The notes beneath the pieces are model-generated. The model did no database searches and was not told the origin of the DNA. It saw nothing but the letters and a program-made list of their open reading frames with translations. A program made the translations under genes and the position numbers. A stretch of DNA of 64,000 nt from Escherichia coli (GTDB lineage Bacteria; Pseudomonadota; Gammaproteobacteria; Enterobacterales; Enterobacteriaceae), in the NCBI RefSeq assembly GCF_048403405.1, contig NZ_CP183129.1. One strand, 5' to 3'. Below, one piece after another: positions 15,600-27,350 of this stretch; within the stretch, counting starts at the first letter, position 1; every line of letters begins with the position of its first letter.

Positions 15600-16391
15600 A
15601 TGGCAACGCCAGTGAAAAAGTGGTTATTGCGCGTTGCCCCCTGGTTTTTACCGGTGGGCATCGTGGCGGTGTGGCAACTGGCCTCCTCAGTTGGCTGGCT
15701 GTCGACGCGTATTTTGCCCTCTCCGGAAGGAGTGGTGATGGCGTTCTGGACGCTCTCCGCCAGCGGCGAATTGTGGCAGCATCTGGCGATCAGCTCCTGG
15801 CGGGCGCTCATTGGCTTTTCAATTGGCGGATCGCTGGGCTTGATTCTGGGACTGATTAGCGGGCTGTCGCGCTGGGGAGAACGGCTGCTGGATACCTCAA
15901 TTCAGATGTTGCGCAACGTGCCGCATCTGGCGCTGATCCCGCTGGTGATTTTGTGGTTTGGCATTGATGAATCCGCAAAAATCTTTCTGGTCGCACTCGG
16001 TACGCTATTCCCCATTTATATCAACACCTGGCATGGCATCCGTAATATCGATCGCGGGCTGGTGGAGATGGCGCGTAGCTATGGATTATCCGGCATACCG
16101 CTGTTTATCCATGTGATCCTGCCTGGCGCCCTGCCCTCAATTATGGTCGGCGTGCGTTTTGCGTTGGGCCTGATGTGGCTGACGCTGATTGTTGCCGAAA
16201 CCATTTCTGCCAATTCAGGCATTGGTTATCTGGCGATGAATGCGCGGGAGTTTTTGCAAACGGACGTGGTGGTGGTCGCCATTATTCTTTACGCCCTGCT
16301 CGGCAAACTGGCTGACGTCAGCGCACAGCTGTTAGAGCGCCTCTGGTTGCGCTGGAACCCGGCTTATCATTTGAAGGAGGCCACGGTATGA
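15600..16391 (+). CDS. ssuC: Aliphatic sulfonate ABC transporter permease
   Basis: 263 aa hydrophobic ORF. Confidence 0.9.
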
Positions 16392-17155
16392 ATACTGCTC
16401 GTCTGAACCAGGGCACACCATTGTTGCTCAATGCAGTAAGCAAACATTACGCGGAAAATATCGTCCTGAACCAACTGGATTTACATATTCCGGCTGGTCA
16501 GTTTGTGGCGGTGGTGGGCCGCAGCGGTGGTGGCAAAAGTACCCTGCTGCGCCTGCTGGCAGGTCTGGAAACGCCAACCGCTGGCGATGTGTTAGCGGGC
16601 ACCACACCGCTGGCTGAAATTCAGGAAGACACGCGAATGATGTTTCAGGATGCGCGTCTGCTGCCGTGGAAATCGGTGATTGATAACGTTGGGTTAGGCC
16701 TTAAAGGCCAGTGGCGCGATGCCGCGCGTCGGGCGTTGGCTGCAGTAGGACTGGAGAATCGCGCAGGGGAATGGCCTGCCGCACTTTCAGGCGGGCAGAA
16801 ACAGCGAGTGGCGCTGGCAAGAGCGTTGATTCATCGACCGGGTTTATTGTTGCTTGATGAACCGCTCGGGGCGCTGGACGCCCTGACGCGACTCGAGATG
16901 CAGGATTTGATTGTGTCACTTTGGCAGGAGCACGGCTTTACCGTACTGTTGGTGACGCATGATGTTAGCGAAGCGGTGGCAATGGCTGACCGGGTGTTGT
17001 TAATTGAAGAGGGAAAAATTGGTCTGGATTTGACGGTGGATATCCCCCGTCCGCGCCGGTTAGGGTCGGTGCGATTAGCGGAGCTGGAAGCGGAAGTGTT
17101 GCAACGGGTGATGCAGCGTGGTGAATCTGAAACTCGCCTGAGAAAACAGGGGTAA
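16388..17155 (+). CDS. ssuB: Aliphatic sulfonate ABC transporter ATP-binding protein
   Basis: 255 aa; Walker [10 protein letters not shown], signature LSGGQKQR. Confidence 0.92.
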
Positions 17156-17158
17156 ATT

Positions 17159-17200
17159 CCCGAATGGCGGCGCTATTGCCGCCATTCGGTTATTTTTTAA
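17159..17200. terminator. Rho-independent terminator between convergent ssuB and pepN
   Basis: Stem CGAATGGCGGC / GCCGCCATTCG (17161-17188) followed by TTATTTTTT. Confidence 0.6.
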
Positions 17201-19809
17201 GCCAGTGCTTTAGTTATCTTCTCGTACAGATCGCCAGAGAGATTTTCCAGCCCTTTCAACTGTTCCAGCGCCGCGCGCATTTTCTCCTGACGTTTGGCAT
17301 CATAACGTTTCAGGCGAATCAGCGGCTCAATCAGGCGCGAAGCCACCTGCGGGTTACGGCTGTTGAGGTCGGTAAGCATTTCCACCAGGAACTGGTAACC
17401 GCTGCCATCTTCAGCATGGAACGCTGCCGGGTTGCTGCCCGCAAACGCGCCAATCAACGAACGAATACGGTTCGGGTTGCTCATGGTAAATGAGCGATGC
17501 TGCAACAGGCCACGCACCGTCTCCAGCACATTCGCCGCCGGGCTGGTGGCTTGCAGGATAAACCATTTATCCATCACCAGACCATCCTGATGCCACTTGT
17601 CGTCGTATTCCTGCATCAGCGCGTCACGGCAAGGCAGCTGTGCAGCAACCGCCGCAGAAAGCGCTGCCAGCGCATCGGTCATATTGTTTGCTTCATGGTA
17701 TTGCTTGCTCACCAGCACGTCAGCCAGATGCGTTTCACCAAAAGCAAGGAAGCGCAGGCAGGCATTACGCAGAGTGCGTTTTGCAATATCTTCATGCTCA
17801 ACACGGTACTCGCTCTGGTAATTCGCGTTGTAAATAGCCAGTAGCTCATCCGCCAGTTCAGTCGCCAGAGTACGAGTGAGTGCTTCGCGTACTTCAGCAA
17901 TAGCAATCGGGTCGATGATATCGAACAGTTCTGCCATTTCATTGACGGAAGGCAGCGTCAGGATTTCTGCCGCCAGTGCCGGATCAATCTTCTCATCAAG
18001 CAGTACCGCGCGGAAAGCATCAGCCACATGCACCGGCAGAGACAGCGGCTGCCCTTGCTGATGACGGGCGACGTTGAGCTTGATGTAGGTTGCCAGCAGG
18101 CTTTGCGCCGCATCCCAGCGGGAGAAATCATTACGCGCATGACGCATCAGGAAGGTCAGTTGCTGATCGCTCCACTTATATTCCAGTTTCACTGGCGCAG
18201 AGAATTCGCACAGCAGCGCAGGCACCGGCTGAAAGTAGACATTATCAAAGACAAAGGTCTGTTCCGCCTGGGTGACGTTCAGCACCGAATTCACCGGATG
18301 ACCGCCTTTCTGCAACGGGATCACTTTGCCTTCGTTGTCATACAGTTCGATGGCAAACGGAATATGCAGCGGCTGTTTTTCTGCCTGATCCGGCGTAGCA
18401 GGCGTGCGCTGGCTGATGGTCAGGGTGTACTGCTCGGTTTCCGGATTATAGTCGTCTTTGACGGTCACAACCGGCGTACCGGACTGGCTGTACCAACGGC
18501 GGAAATGAGAGAGATCGACATTCGACGCATCTTCCATCGCCTGAACAAAGTCGTCGCAGGTTGCCGCGCTGCCATCATGGCGCTCGAAATAGAGCTGCAT
18601 CCCTTTCTGGAAGTTTTCTTCGCCCAGCAGGGTGTGGATCATGCGAATCACTTCCGCGCCCTTCTCGTAAACGGTCAGGGTGTAGAAGTTGTTCATCTCA
18701 ATGACCATATCCGGGCGGATCGGGTGCGCCATCGGGCTGGCGTCTTCCGCAAACTGCAATCCGCGCATGGTGCGCACGTTGTTGATACGGTTTACCGCGC
18801 GAGAACCAAGGTCAGAGCTGAATTCCTGATCGCGGAAGACGGTTAAACCTTCTTTCAGGCTGAGCTGGAACCAGTCGCGGCAGGTCACACGGTTACCGGT
18901 CCAGTTGTGGAAATATTCGTGACCAATAACACGCTCAATATCGAGGTAATCTTTATCGGTGGCGGTGTCGGTACGGGCCAGCACATATTTGGAGTTAAAG
19001 ATATTCAGACCTTTATTCTCCATTGCGCCCATATTGAAGAAGTCCACCGCGACGATCATATAGATGTCGAGGTCATACTCCAGGCCGAAGCGTTCTTCAT
19101 CCCATTTCATGGAGTTTTTCAGCGAGGTCATCGCCCACGGCGCGCGGTCGAGGTTGCCGCGATCGACGTACAGCTCCAGCGCCACTTCGCGACCAGAACG
19201 CGTGGTGAAGGTGTCGCGCAGCACGTCGAAGTCGCCTGCAACCAGCGCAAACAGGTAGCACGGTTTAGGGAACGGGTCCTGCCACTGTACCCAGTGACGT
19301 CCGTTTTCCAGTTCGCCTTGCGCAACGCGGTTACCGTTGGAAAGCAGGAAGGGATATTTGGTTTTATCGGCAATAATTTTGGTGGTAAAACGCGCCAGTA
19401 CGTCCGGGCGGTCAAGATAATACGTAATATGGCGGAAACCTTCGGCTTCACACTGAGTGCAAAGCGCATCGCCTGACTGATAAAGCCCTTCCAGCGCGGT
19501 ATTCGTCGCCGGGCTAATTTTATTAACGATCTTAAGCGTAAAACGCTCCGGCAAATTACTGATGACCAGTGCGCCCTCTTCTTCTTTCCAGGCGGTCCAA
19601 GGCTCATCATTAATATGAACAGAAACCAGTTTAAGATCTTCGCCATCAAGACGAAGCGGAGCATCTGATGCACCATGACGGACAGCCTGGCTGACCGCGG
19701 TAACGACCGTCTTTTGCGCGTCCAGGTCAAAGGTCAAGTCAATATCAGTAATCTGGTAATCCGGCGCACGATAATCGTGACGGTATTTGGCTTGTGGCTG
19801 TTGAGTCAT
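17197..19809 (-). CDS. pepN: Aminopeptidase N
   Basis: 870 aa ORF starting MTQQPQAKYRHDYRAPDYQITDIDLTFDL; M1 zinc peptidase motifs HEYFHNWTGNRVT and GAMEN. Confidence 0.95.
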   Translation of the reverse strand: MTQQPQAKYRHDYRAPDYQITDIDLTFDLDAQKTVVTAVSQAVRHGASDAPLRLDGEDLKLVSVHINDEPWTAWKEEEGALVISNLPERFTLKIVNKISPATNTALEGLYQSGDALCTQCEAEGFRHITYYLDRPDVLARFTTKIIADKTKYPFLLSNGNRVAQGELENGRHWVQWQDPFPKPCYLFALVAGDFDVLRDTFTTRSGREVALELYVDRGNLDRAPWAMTSLKNSMKWDEERFGLEYDLDIYMIVAVDFFNMGAMENKGLNIFNSKYVLARTDTATDKDYLDIERVIGHEYFHNWTGNRVTCRDWFQLSLKEGLTVFRDQEFSSDLGSRAVNRINNVRTMRGLQFAEDASPMAHPIRPDMVIEMNNFYTLTVYEKGAEVIRMIHTLLGEENFQKGMQLYFERHDGSAATCDDFVQAMEDASNVDLSHFRRWYSQSGTPVVTVKDDYNPETEQYTLTISQRTPATPDQAEKQPLHIPFAIELYDNEGKVIPLQKGGHPVNSVLNVTQAEQTFVFDNVYFQPVPALLCEFSAPVKLEYKWSDQQLTFLMRHARNDFSRWDAAQSLLATYIKLNVARHQQGQPLSLPVHVADAFRAVLLDEKIDPALAAEILTLPSVNEMAELFDIIDPIAIAEVREALTRTLATELADELLAIYNANYQSEYRVEHEDIAKRTLRNACLRFLAFGETHLADVLVSKQYHEANNMTDALAALSAAVAAQLPCRDALMQEYDDKWHQDGLVMDKWFILQATSPAANVLETVRGLLQHRSFTMSNPNRIRSLIGAFAGSNPAAFHAEDGSGYQFLVEMLTDLNSRNPQVASRLIEPLIRLKRYDAKRQEKMRAALEQLKGLENLSGDLYEKITKALA

Positions 19810-20027
19810 AAATAACCTTTAGCATCTTTTATAGAGTCTGGTGTTCAGTCTATTCCTGTTGCGTAAATCGCGCTATGCAGAATCTTCATCTTTTCAGGTA
19901 CAAACGCCTTTATTGCTACATTTTTATAACATACACCGCGTAATGCCATCGACCAGAAAGGTGGCATATGGTGTGATCGGGGTTCAATAAATTGCGAAAC
20001 AAGGTATACTCCAGCAGTTCCTGAAGA

Positions 20028-20045
20028 TGTTTATTGTACTAAACG
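20028..20045. promoter_or_regulatory. Candidate NadR operator (NAD box) in the pncB promoter
   Basis: Inverted repeat TGTTTA-ttgtac-TAAACG about 30 bp upstream of the pncB ATG, with a TATACT -10-like hexamer at 20004-20009. Confidence 0.55.
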
Positions 20046-20074
20046 CTCCTGTACGAGGACGCTACTGCGCACCT

Positions 20075-21277
20075 ATGACACAATTCGCTTCTCCTGTTCT
20101 GCACTCGTTGCTGGATACAGATGCTTATAAGTTGCATATGCAGCAAGCCGTGTTTCATCACTATTACGATGTGCATGTCGCGGCGGAGTTTCGTTGCCGA
20201 GGTGACGATCTGCTGGGTATTTATGCCGATGCTATTCGTGAACAGGTTCAGGCGATGCAGCACCTGCGCCTGCAGGATGATGAATATCAATGGCTCTCAG
20301 CCCTGCCTTTCTTTAAGGCCGACTATCTTAACTGGCTACGCGAGTTCCGCTTTAACCCGGAACAAGTCACCGTGTCCAACGATAATGGCAAGCTGGATAT
20401 TCGTTTAAGCGGCCCGTGGCGTGAAGTCATCCTCTGGGAAGTTCCTTTGCTGGCGGTTATCAGTGAAATGGTACATCGCTATCGCTCACCGCAGGCCGAC
20501 GTTGCGCAAGCCCTCGACACGCTGGAAAGCAAATTAGCCGACTTCTCGGCATTAACCGCCGGTCTTGATATGTCGCGCTTCCATCTGATGGATTTTGGCA
20601 CCCGCCGACGTTTTTCTCGTGAAGTACAAGAAACCATCGTGAAACGTCTGCAACAGGAATCCTGGTTCGTGGGCACCAGCAACTACGATCTGGCGCGTCG
20701 GCTTTCCCTCACGCCGATGGGAACACAGGCACACGAATGGTTCCAGGCGCATCAGCAAATCAGCCCGGATCTAGCCAACAGCCAGCGAGCTGCACTTGCT
20801 GCCTGGCTGGAAGAATATCCCGACCAACTTGGCATTGCATTAACCGACTGCATCACTATGGATGCTTTCCTGCGTGATTTCGGTGTCGAGTTCGCCAGTC
20901 GCTATCAGGGCCTGCGTCATGACTCCGGCGACCCGGTTGAATGGGGTGAAAAAGCCATTGCACATTATGAGAAGCTGGGAATTGATCCACAGAGTAAAAC
21001 GCTGGTTTTCTCTGACAATCTGGATTTACGCAAAGCGGTTGAGCTATACCGCCACTTCTCTTCCCGCGTGCAATTAAGTTTTGGTATTGGGACTCGCCTG
21101 ACCTGCGATATCCCCCAGGTAAAACCCCTGAATATTGTCATTAAGTTGGTAGAGTGTAACGGTAAACCAGTGGCGAAACTTTCTGACAGCCCTGGCAAAA
21201 CTATCTGCCACGATAAAGCGTTTGTTCGGGCGCTGCGCAAAGCATTCGACCTTCCGCATATTAAAAAAGCCAGTTAA
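20075..21277 (+). CDS. pncB: Nicotinate phosphoribosyltransferase
   Basis: 400 aa from [24 protein letters not shown]; internal Met of track ORF 20027..21277. Confidence 0.93.
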   Translation: MTQFASPVLHSLLDTDAYKLHMQQAVFHHYYDVHVAAEFRCRGDDLLGIYADAIREQVQAMQHLRLQDDEYQWLSALPFFKADYLNWLREFRFNPEQVTVSNDNGKLDIRLSGPWREVILWEVPLLAVISEMVHRYRSPQADVAQALDTLESKLADFSALTAGLDMSRFHLMDFGTRRRFSREVQETIVKRLQQESWFVGTSNYDLARRLSLTPMGTQAHEWFQAHQQISPDLANSQRAALAAWLEEYPDQLGIALTDCITMDAFLRDFGVEFASRYQGLRHDSGDPVEWGEKAIAHYEKLGIDPQSKTLVFSDNLDLRKAVELYRHFSSRVQLSFGIGTRLTCDIPQVKPLNIVIKLVECNGKPVAKLSDSPGKTICHDKAFVRALRKAFDLPHIKKAS

Positions 21278-21445
21278 TATCATCAGGGAGCTAATCGGCT
21301 CCCTTTTTTTACCTTTAATTCCGAAATCTTTCGCTGCATTTGCGAATTCTGCTTGTCTGATTGCAGATGCCAGGTAACATAGGTATCCCCCCATTTACGG
21401 GTGGACAAGTGTTTATTTTTTCCGACTATTAACAGAGAGAATATT

Positions 21446-22846
21446 ATGAGCGTTGTGCCTGTAGCCGACGTACTCCAGGGCCGCGTAGCCGTTGACAGCG
21501 AAGTCACCGTGCGCGGATGGGTACGTACCCGCCGAGATTCAAAAGCTGGCATCTCCTTCCTCGCCGTTTATGACGGTTCCTGCTTTGATCCTGTACAGGC
21601 TGTCATCAATAATTCTCTGCCCAATTACAATGAAGACGTCCTGCGTCTGACCACCGGTTGCTCGGTCATTGTGACGGGTAAAGTCGTGGCATCGCCGGGC
21701 CAGGGGCAACAATTTGAAATTCAGGCCAGCAAGGTTGAAGTTGCTGGTTGGGTTGAAGATCCAGACACTTACCCGATGGCGGCAAAACGCCACAGCATTG
21801 AGTATCTGCGTGAAGTCGCTCACCTGCGTCCGCGCACAAACCTGATTGGTGCCGTCGCGCGCGTTCGCCATACGCTGGCGCAGGCGCTGCATCGCTTCTT
21901 TAACGAGCAGGGATTCTTCTGGGTTTCAACGCCACTGATTACTGCGTCTGATACCGAAGGGGCTGGCGAAATGTTCCGCGTTTCTACGCTGGATCTGGAA
22001 AACCTGCCGCGTAACGATCAGGGCAAAGTGGATTTCGACAAAGACTTCTTTGGTAAAGAGTCTTTCCTGACCGTATCTGGCCAGTTGAACGGCGAAACCT
22101 ACGCTTGCGCATTGTCCAAAATTTATACCTTCGGCCCGACTTTCCGTGCTGAAAACTCCAACACCAGCCGTCACCTGGCGGAATTCTGGATGCTGGAGCC
22201 GGAAGTGGCGTTTGCTAACCTGAACGATATCGCGGGTCTGGCTGAAGCCATGCTGAAATATGTCTTCAAAGCGGTTCTCGAAGAACGCGCTGACGACATG
22301 AAATTCTTCGCTGAACGCGTAGATAAAGATGCCGTTTCACGTCTGGAACGCTTCATTGAAGCCGATTTTGCGCAGGTGGATTACACCGACGCAGTGACCA
22401 TTCTCGAAAACTGCGGCAGGAAGTTTGAAAACCCGGTTTACTGGGGCGTTGATCTCTCTTCTGAGCATGAGCGTTATCTGGCGGAAGAACACTTTAAAGC
22501 ACCGGTAGTGGTTAAAAACTATCCGAAAGATATTAAAGCGTTCTATATGCGCCTTAACGAAGACGGTAAAACCGTTGCGGCTATGGACGTTCTGGCTCCG
22601 GGCATCGGTGAGATCATTGGTGGCTCCCAGCGTGAAGAGCGTCTGGACGTGCTGGACGAGCGTATGCTGGAAATGGGCCTGAACAAAGAAGATTACTGGT
22701 GGTATCGCGATCTGCGTCGCTACGGTACTGTTCCGCATTCCGGTTTCGGTCTTGGTTTTGAACGCCTGATTGCTTACGTAACTGGCGTGCAAAACGTGCG
22801 TGATGTGATTCCGTTCCCACGTACTCCGCGTAACGCCAGCTTCTAA
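21446..22846 (+). CDS. asnS: Asparagine--tRNA ligase
   Basis: 466 aa from [13 protein letters not shown]; class II aaRS motifs; internal Met of track ORF 21401..22846. Confidence 0.95.
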
Positions 22847-22857
22847 TTTAGCGTCTT

Positions 22858-22888
22858 CAAGAGCCAGCGCCCGCTGGCTCTTTTTTTA
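22858..22888 (+). terminator. asnS rho-independent terminator
   Basis: GAGCCAGCG-cc-CGCTGGCTC hairpin followed by TTTTTTT. Confidence 0.65.
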
Positions 22889-23237
22889 TCCTTTCTGTCA
22901 AGTTATCTGTTTGTTAAGTCAAGCAATCTATTTGCAACCCCACCATAACGATCATCCTGTTACGGAATATTACACTGCAACATTTGCGCACAAAAAATAA
23001 TCCGCATTCTTATTGCGGATTAGTTTTTTCTTAGCTGATAGCACAATTTTCATACTATTTTTTGGCGTTCTGGATGTCTGAACGAGGATTTAGTGCCAGG
23101 TCGATAAAGTTTCCATCAGAAACAAAATTTCCGTTTAGTTAATTTAAATATAAGGAAATCATATAAATAGATAAATATTGCTGTAAATATCATCACGCTT
23201 CTATGGAAATATGACGGTGTTCACAAAGTTCCTTAAA

Positions 23238-23302
23238 TTTTACTTTTTGTTACATATTTTTTCTTTTTGAAACCAAATCTTTATCTTTGTAGCACTTTCA
23301 CG
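23238..23302 (+). promoter_or_regulatory. ompF upstream OmpR-binding region
   Basis: TTTACTTTTTGTTACATATTTTTTCTTTTTGAAACCAAATCTTTATCTTTGTAGCACTTTCACGG, recognised from memory as the ompF F-box region; within a ~600 bp AT-rich leader. Confidence 0.6.
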
Positions 23303-23448
23303 GTAGCGAAACGTTAGTTTGAATGGAAAGATGCCTGCAGACACATAAAGACACCAAACTCTCATCAATAGTTCCGTAAATTTTTATTGACAGAACTTAT
23401 TGACGGCAGTGGCAGGTGTCATAAAAAAAACCATGAGGGTAATAAATA

Positions 23449-24522
23449 ATGATGAAGCGCAATATTCTGGCAGTGATCGTCCCTGCTCTGTTAGTAGCAG
23501 GTACTGCAAACGCTGCAGAAATCTATAACAAAGATGGCAACAAAGTAGATCTGTACGGTAAAGCTGTCGGTCTGCATTATTTTTCTAAAGACAATGGTGT
23601 AAACAGTTACGGCGGAAACGGCGACAAAACTTATGCCCGTCTTGGTTTTAAAGGGGAAACACAAATCAATTCCGATCTGACCGGCTACGGTCAGTGGGAA
23701 TATAACTTCCAGGGTAACAACTCTGAAGGCGCTGATGCCCAGAAAGGTAACAAAACTCGTCTGGCATTCGCAGGTCTGAAATTCGCTGATGCGGGTTCTA
23801 TCGACTACGGTCGTAACTACGGTGTGGTTTACGACGCACTGGGTTACACCGATATGCTGCCTGAGTTTGGCGGTGACACGGCATACAGCGATGACTTCTT
23901 CGTTGGTCGTGTAGGCGGCGTTGCTACCTATCGTAACTCCAACTTCTTCGGTCTGGTTGACGGCCTGAACTTTGCCGTTCAGTACCTGGGCAAAAACGAA
24001 CGTGCTGGTATTCCTGAGCGTTCCAACGGCGACGGCGTCGGTGGCTCTATCAGCTACGAATTCGAAGGCTTTGGTATCGTAGGTGCTTACGGTGCAGCAG
24101 ACCGTACCGACGCCCAGGAAGCCGAATTCCGCGGTCAGGGTAAAAAAGCTGAACAGTGGGCAACTGGTCTGAAGTATGACGCGAACAACATCTACCTGGC
24201 AGCGAACTACGGTGAAACCCGTAACGCTACGCCAATTGAAGGCGGCTTCGCCAACAAAACGCAAGACGTTCTGTTAGTTGCGCAATACCAGTTCGATTTC
24301 GGTCTGCGTCCGTCCATCGCTTACACCAAATCTAAAGCGAAAGACGTAGAAGGTATCGGTGATGTTGATCTGGTGAACTACTTTGAAGTGGGCGCAACCT
24401 ACTACTTCAACAAAAACATGTCCACCTATGTTGACTACATCATCAACCAGATCGATTCTGACAACAAACTGGGCGTAGGTTCTGACGACACCGTTGCTGT
24501 GGGTATCGTTTACCAGTTCTAA
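23449..24522 (+). CDS. ompF: Outer membrane porin OmpF (variant allele)
   Basis: 357 aa, [22 protein letters not shown] signal, C-terminal ...VGIVYQF; differs from my recollection of the K-12 protein in several predicted loop segments. Confidence 0.93.
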   Translation: MMKRNILAVIVPALLVAGTANAAEIYNKDGNKVDLYGKAVGLHYFSKDNGVNSYGGNGDKTYARLGFKGETQINSDLTGYGQWEYNFQGNNSEGADAQKGNKTRLAFAGLKFADAGSIDYGRNYGVVYDALGYTDMLPEFGGDTAYSDDFFVGRVGGVATYRNSNFFGLVDGLNFAVQYLGKNERAGIPERSNGDGVGGSISYEFEGFGIVGAYGAADRTDAQEAEFRGQGKKAEQWATGLKYDANNIYLAANYGETRNATPIEGGFANKTQDVLLVAQYQFDFGLRPSIAYTKSKAKDVEGIGDVDLVNYFEVGATYYFNKNMSTYVDYIINQIDSDNKLGVGSDDTVAVGIVYQF

Positions 24523-24546
24523 TAGCACACCTCTTTGTTAAATGCC

Positions 24547-24578
24547 GAAAAAACAGGACTTTGGTCCTGTTTTTTTTA
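24547..24578 (+). terminator. ompF rho-independent terminator
   Basis: AAACAGGAC-tttg-GTCCTGTTT hairpin followed by a T8 run. Confidence 0.7.
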
Positions 24579-24706
24579 TGCCTTCCAGAGCAATCTCACG
24601 TCTTGCAAAAACAGCCTGCGTTTTCATCAGTAATAGTTGGAATTTTGTAAATCTCCCGTTACCCTGATAGCGGACTTCCCTTCTGTAACCATAATGGAAC
24701 CTCGTC

Positions 24707-25897
24707 ATGTTTGAGAACATTACCGCCGCTCCTGCCGACCCGATTCTGGGCCTGGCCGATCTGTTTCGTGCCGATGAACGTCCCGGCAAAATTAACCTCG
24801 GGATTGGTGTCTATAAAGATGAGACGGGCAAAACCCCGGTACTGACCAGCGTGAAAAAGGCTGAACAGTATCTGCTCGAAAATGAAACCACCAAAAATTA
24901 CCTCGGCATTGACGGCATCCCTGAATTTGGTCGCTGCACTCAGGAACTGCTGTTTGGTAAAGGTAGCGCCCTGATCAATGACAAACGTGCTCGCACGGCA
25001 CAGACTCCGGGTGGCACTGGCGCACTACGCGTGGCTGCCGATTTCCTGGCAAAAAATACCAGCGTTAAGCGTGTGTGGGTGAGCAACCCAAGCTGGCCGA
25101 ACCATAAGAGCGTCTTTAACTCTGCAGGTCTGGAAGTTCGTGAATACGCTTATTATGATGCGGAAAATCACACCCTTGACTTCGATGCACTGATTAACAG
25201 CCTGAACGAAGCTCAGGCTGGCGACGTAGTGCTGTTCCATGGCTGCTGCCATAACCCAACCGGTATCGACCCTACGCTGGAACAGTGGCAGACACTGGCA
25301 CAACTTTCCGTTGAGAAAGGCTGGTTACCGCTGTTTGACTTCGCTTACCAGGGTTTTGCCCGTGGTCTGGAAGAAGATGCTGAAGGACTGCGCGCTTTCG
25401 CGGCTATGCATAAAGAGCTGATTGTTGCCAGTTCCTACTCTAAAAACTTTGGCCTGTACAACGAGCGTGTTGGCGCTTGTACTCTGGTTGCTGCTGACAG
25501 TGAAACCGTTGATCGCGCATTCAGCCAAATGAAAGCGGCGATTCGCGCTAACTACTCTAACCCACCAGCACACGGCGCTTCTGTTGTTGCCACCATCCTG
25601 AGCAACGATGCGTTACGTGCGATTTGGGAACAGGAGCTGACTGATATGCGCCAGCGTATTCAGCGTATGCGTCAGTTGTTCGTCAATACGCTGCAGGAAA
25701 AAGGCGCAAACCGCGACTTCAGCTTTATCATCAAACAGAACGGCATGTTCTCCTTCAGTGGTCTGACAAAAGAACAAGTGCTGCGTCTGCGCGAAGAGTT
25801 TGGCGTGTATGCTGTTGCTTCTGGTCGTGTGAACGTAGCCGGGATGACACCAGATAACATGGCTCCGCTGTGCGAAGCGATTGTGGCAGTGCTGTAA
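24707..25897 (+). CDS. aspC: Aspartate aminotransferase
   Basis: 396 aa from [39 protein letters not shown]-lysine region SYSKNFGLY. Confidence 0.95.
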   Translation: MFENITAAPADPILGLADLFRADERPGKINLGIGVYKDETGKTPVLTSVKKAEQYLLENETTKNYLGIDGIPEFGRCTQELLFGKGSALINDKRARTAQTPGGTGALRVAADFLAKNTSVKRVWVSNPSWPNHKSVFNSAGLEVREYAYYDAENHTLDFDALINSLNEAQAGDVVLFHGCCHNPTGIDPTLEQWQTLAQLSVEKGWLPLFDFAYQGFARGLEEDAEGLRAFAAMHKELIVASSYSKNFGLYNERVGACTLVAADSETVDRAFSQMKAAIRANYSNPPAHGASVVATILSNDALRAIWEQELTDMRQRIQRMRQLFVNTLQEKGANRDFSFIIKQNGMFSFSGLTKEQVLRLREEFGVYAVASGRVNVAGMTPDNMAPLCEAIVAVL

Positions 25898-25910
25898 GCG
25901 TTAAACACAA

Positions 25911-25940
25911 TGAAGCCCGCTTAAAAAGCGGGCTTTTTTA
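25911..25940. terminator. Terminator between convergent aspC and gloC
   Basis: AAGCCCGC-ttaaaaa-GCGGGCTT hairpin followed by TTTTTT. Confidence 0.65.
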
Positions 25941-25947
25941 TGCGCCT

Positions 25948-26595
25948 TTACCAGACGGGCATTTCGTCTTGCAGGAAGGGATTATGCAGGCGCTCATAAC
26001 CAAGTGTGGATAATGGTCCGTGACCCGGAATAAATGTCACGTCATCCCCCAGTGGCAGCAACTTATCTTTGATTGAAGAAATCAGTTGATTATGATCGCC
26101 ACGCGGGAAGTCACTGCGCCCTACTCCGCCTTTGAAAATAACGTCGCCAGAAATCAGCAGCTTTGCCCGATCATCAAAAAACACGACATGACCCGGCGTA
26201 TGCCCAGGGCAATGTAACACCTGTAAAGCCACATTCCCTATGCTGATGGTATCGCCTTCGTTCAGCCAACGATCCGGCGTCAGCGGCTGGCACTCTTCCA
26301 GACCAAACATACGACTTTGCGCAGGCAAGCCTTGCAGCCAGAACTCATCTTCTTTTTCCGGGCCAAAAACCGGCACGCCGTAATGTTGCGCCAGTTCCGC
26401 CGCTGCACCAACGTGGTCCAGATGACCATGCGTCAGCAGGATCTGCATCAGTGTCAGGCCGCTGGCGTCAACTTCCTGTTTGATTTTTTCCGCATCGCCG
26501 CCAGGATCGACCAGTGCGGCCAGTCGGGTTTGTTCACACCAGATCAATGAACAGTTCTGGGAGAATGCGGTGACCGGAATAATACGATAGTTCAT
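25948..26595 (-). CDS. gloC: Metallo-beta-lactamase-fold hydroxyacylglutathione hydrolase
   Basis: 215 aa; THGHLDH metal-binding motif. Confidence 0.88.
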   Translation of the reverse strand: MNYRIIPVTAFSQNCSLIWCEQTRLAALVDPGGDAEKIKQEVDASGLTLMQILLTHGHLDHVGAAAELAQHYGVPVFGPEKEDEFWLQGLPAQSRMFGLEECQPLTPDRWLNEGDTISIGNVALQVLHCPGHTPGHVVFFDDRAKLLISGDVIFKGGVGRSDFPRGDHNQLISSIKDKLLPLGDDVTFIPGHGPLSTLGYERLHNPFLQDEMPVW

Positions 26596-26621
26596 ACTGC
26601 CCCTGTTTCGTTAAGCAATTA

Positions 26622-27170
26622 CTACCAGTGCCGTGCTGGCCCGGTATCAATATGCACAAAGTTACTACGTGGGTAATATCCTACACCACCTGCGCGCATA
26701 GATAACGCGGCTTTGCGAATATTGCTTAACGCGATACCTTCAATATGGAAATCCATCGCCTGCCCTTTCGTGTGATAGCTTTTCTTCGCTACTCCACGGC
26801 TGCGGGCGCGTAGTTCATTGTTGGTATCAATGGAACGATAACCGGAAATGAGTTGCACCGGTTTGCGGGTACCTAATAACCCTTGCAGGCGATACAACTG
26901 ATCGAACAATCCTGGGTCGATGGACTTTATTTTGTTCGCGCGGTAATCGCGGAAAAAATGGTTAAGTTTTGCCAATTCTTCCTGAATATAGCCTCTGCCA
27001 TCGAAAAACTCCGCTTTGATTGACTCTCCGGTATGAAGATTATTGAGTGTCAAAATGCGCGGGCGTGGGGTAGAGAGTGTTGCAAACGCAGGGGTCGGCA
27101 GGATGGCGGCACCGAGTGCAACGCCACCAAGCGCCAGCAGTTTGCGGCGATTAGCGTCGAATTTGTCCAT
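26622..27170 (-). CDS. mepK: Tat-exported peptidoglycan L,D-endopeptidase family protein (YcbK/MepK)
   Basis: 182 aa from MDKFDANRRKLLALGGVALGAA (twin-arginine signal); internal Met of track ORF 26622..27179. Confidence 0.85.
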   Translation of the reverse strand: MDKFDANRRKLLALGGVALGAAILPTPAFATLSTPRPRILTLNNLHTGESIKAEFFDGRGYIQEELAKLNHFFRDYRANKIKSIDPGLFDQLYRLQGLLGTRKPVQLISGYRSIDTNNELRARSRGVAKKSYHTKGQAMDFHIEGIALSNIRKAALSMRAGGVGYYPRSNFVHIDTGPARHW

Positions 27171-27350
27171 GATAATCAAGTCTACAGGTCAATGTTATCG
27201 TTTATATGCACTTCTGGCGCACAAGAGGCACCTTAACCGCCCGTAAAGCAGACGTCAAGATGACTCAACCCCAGCAGTGACGGGGGCTGCAGAGAATCGC
27301 CCCCAATCATGCTAATTATTACGACAACTGATTTCCCCGAACTGCTTCAT

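Noticed and set aside
18028-18846. 272 aa plus-strand ORF opposite pepN, and similar 60-190 aa ORFs opposite mukB, msbA, ycaI, ycaO and the prophage T gene
   Set aside because: All are nested antisense to long, well-supported genes and show Arg/His/Gln-rich shadow composition; none has an independent intergenic start region.
23491-24264. 257 aa minus-strand ORF opposite ompF
   Set aside because: Antisense shadow of ompF; lies entirely within the porin coding frame.
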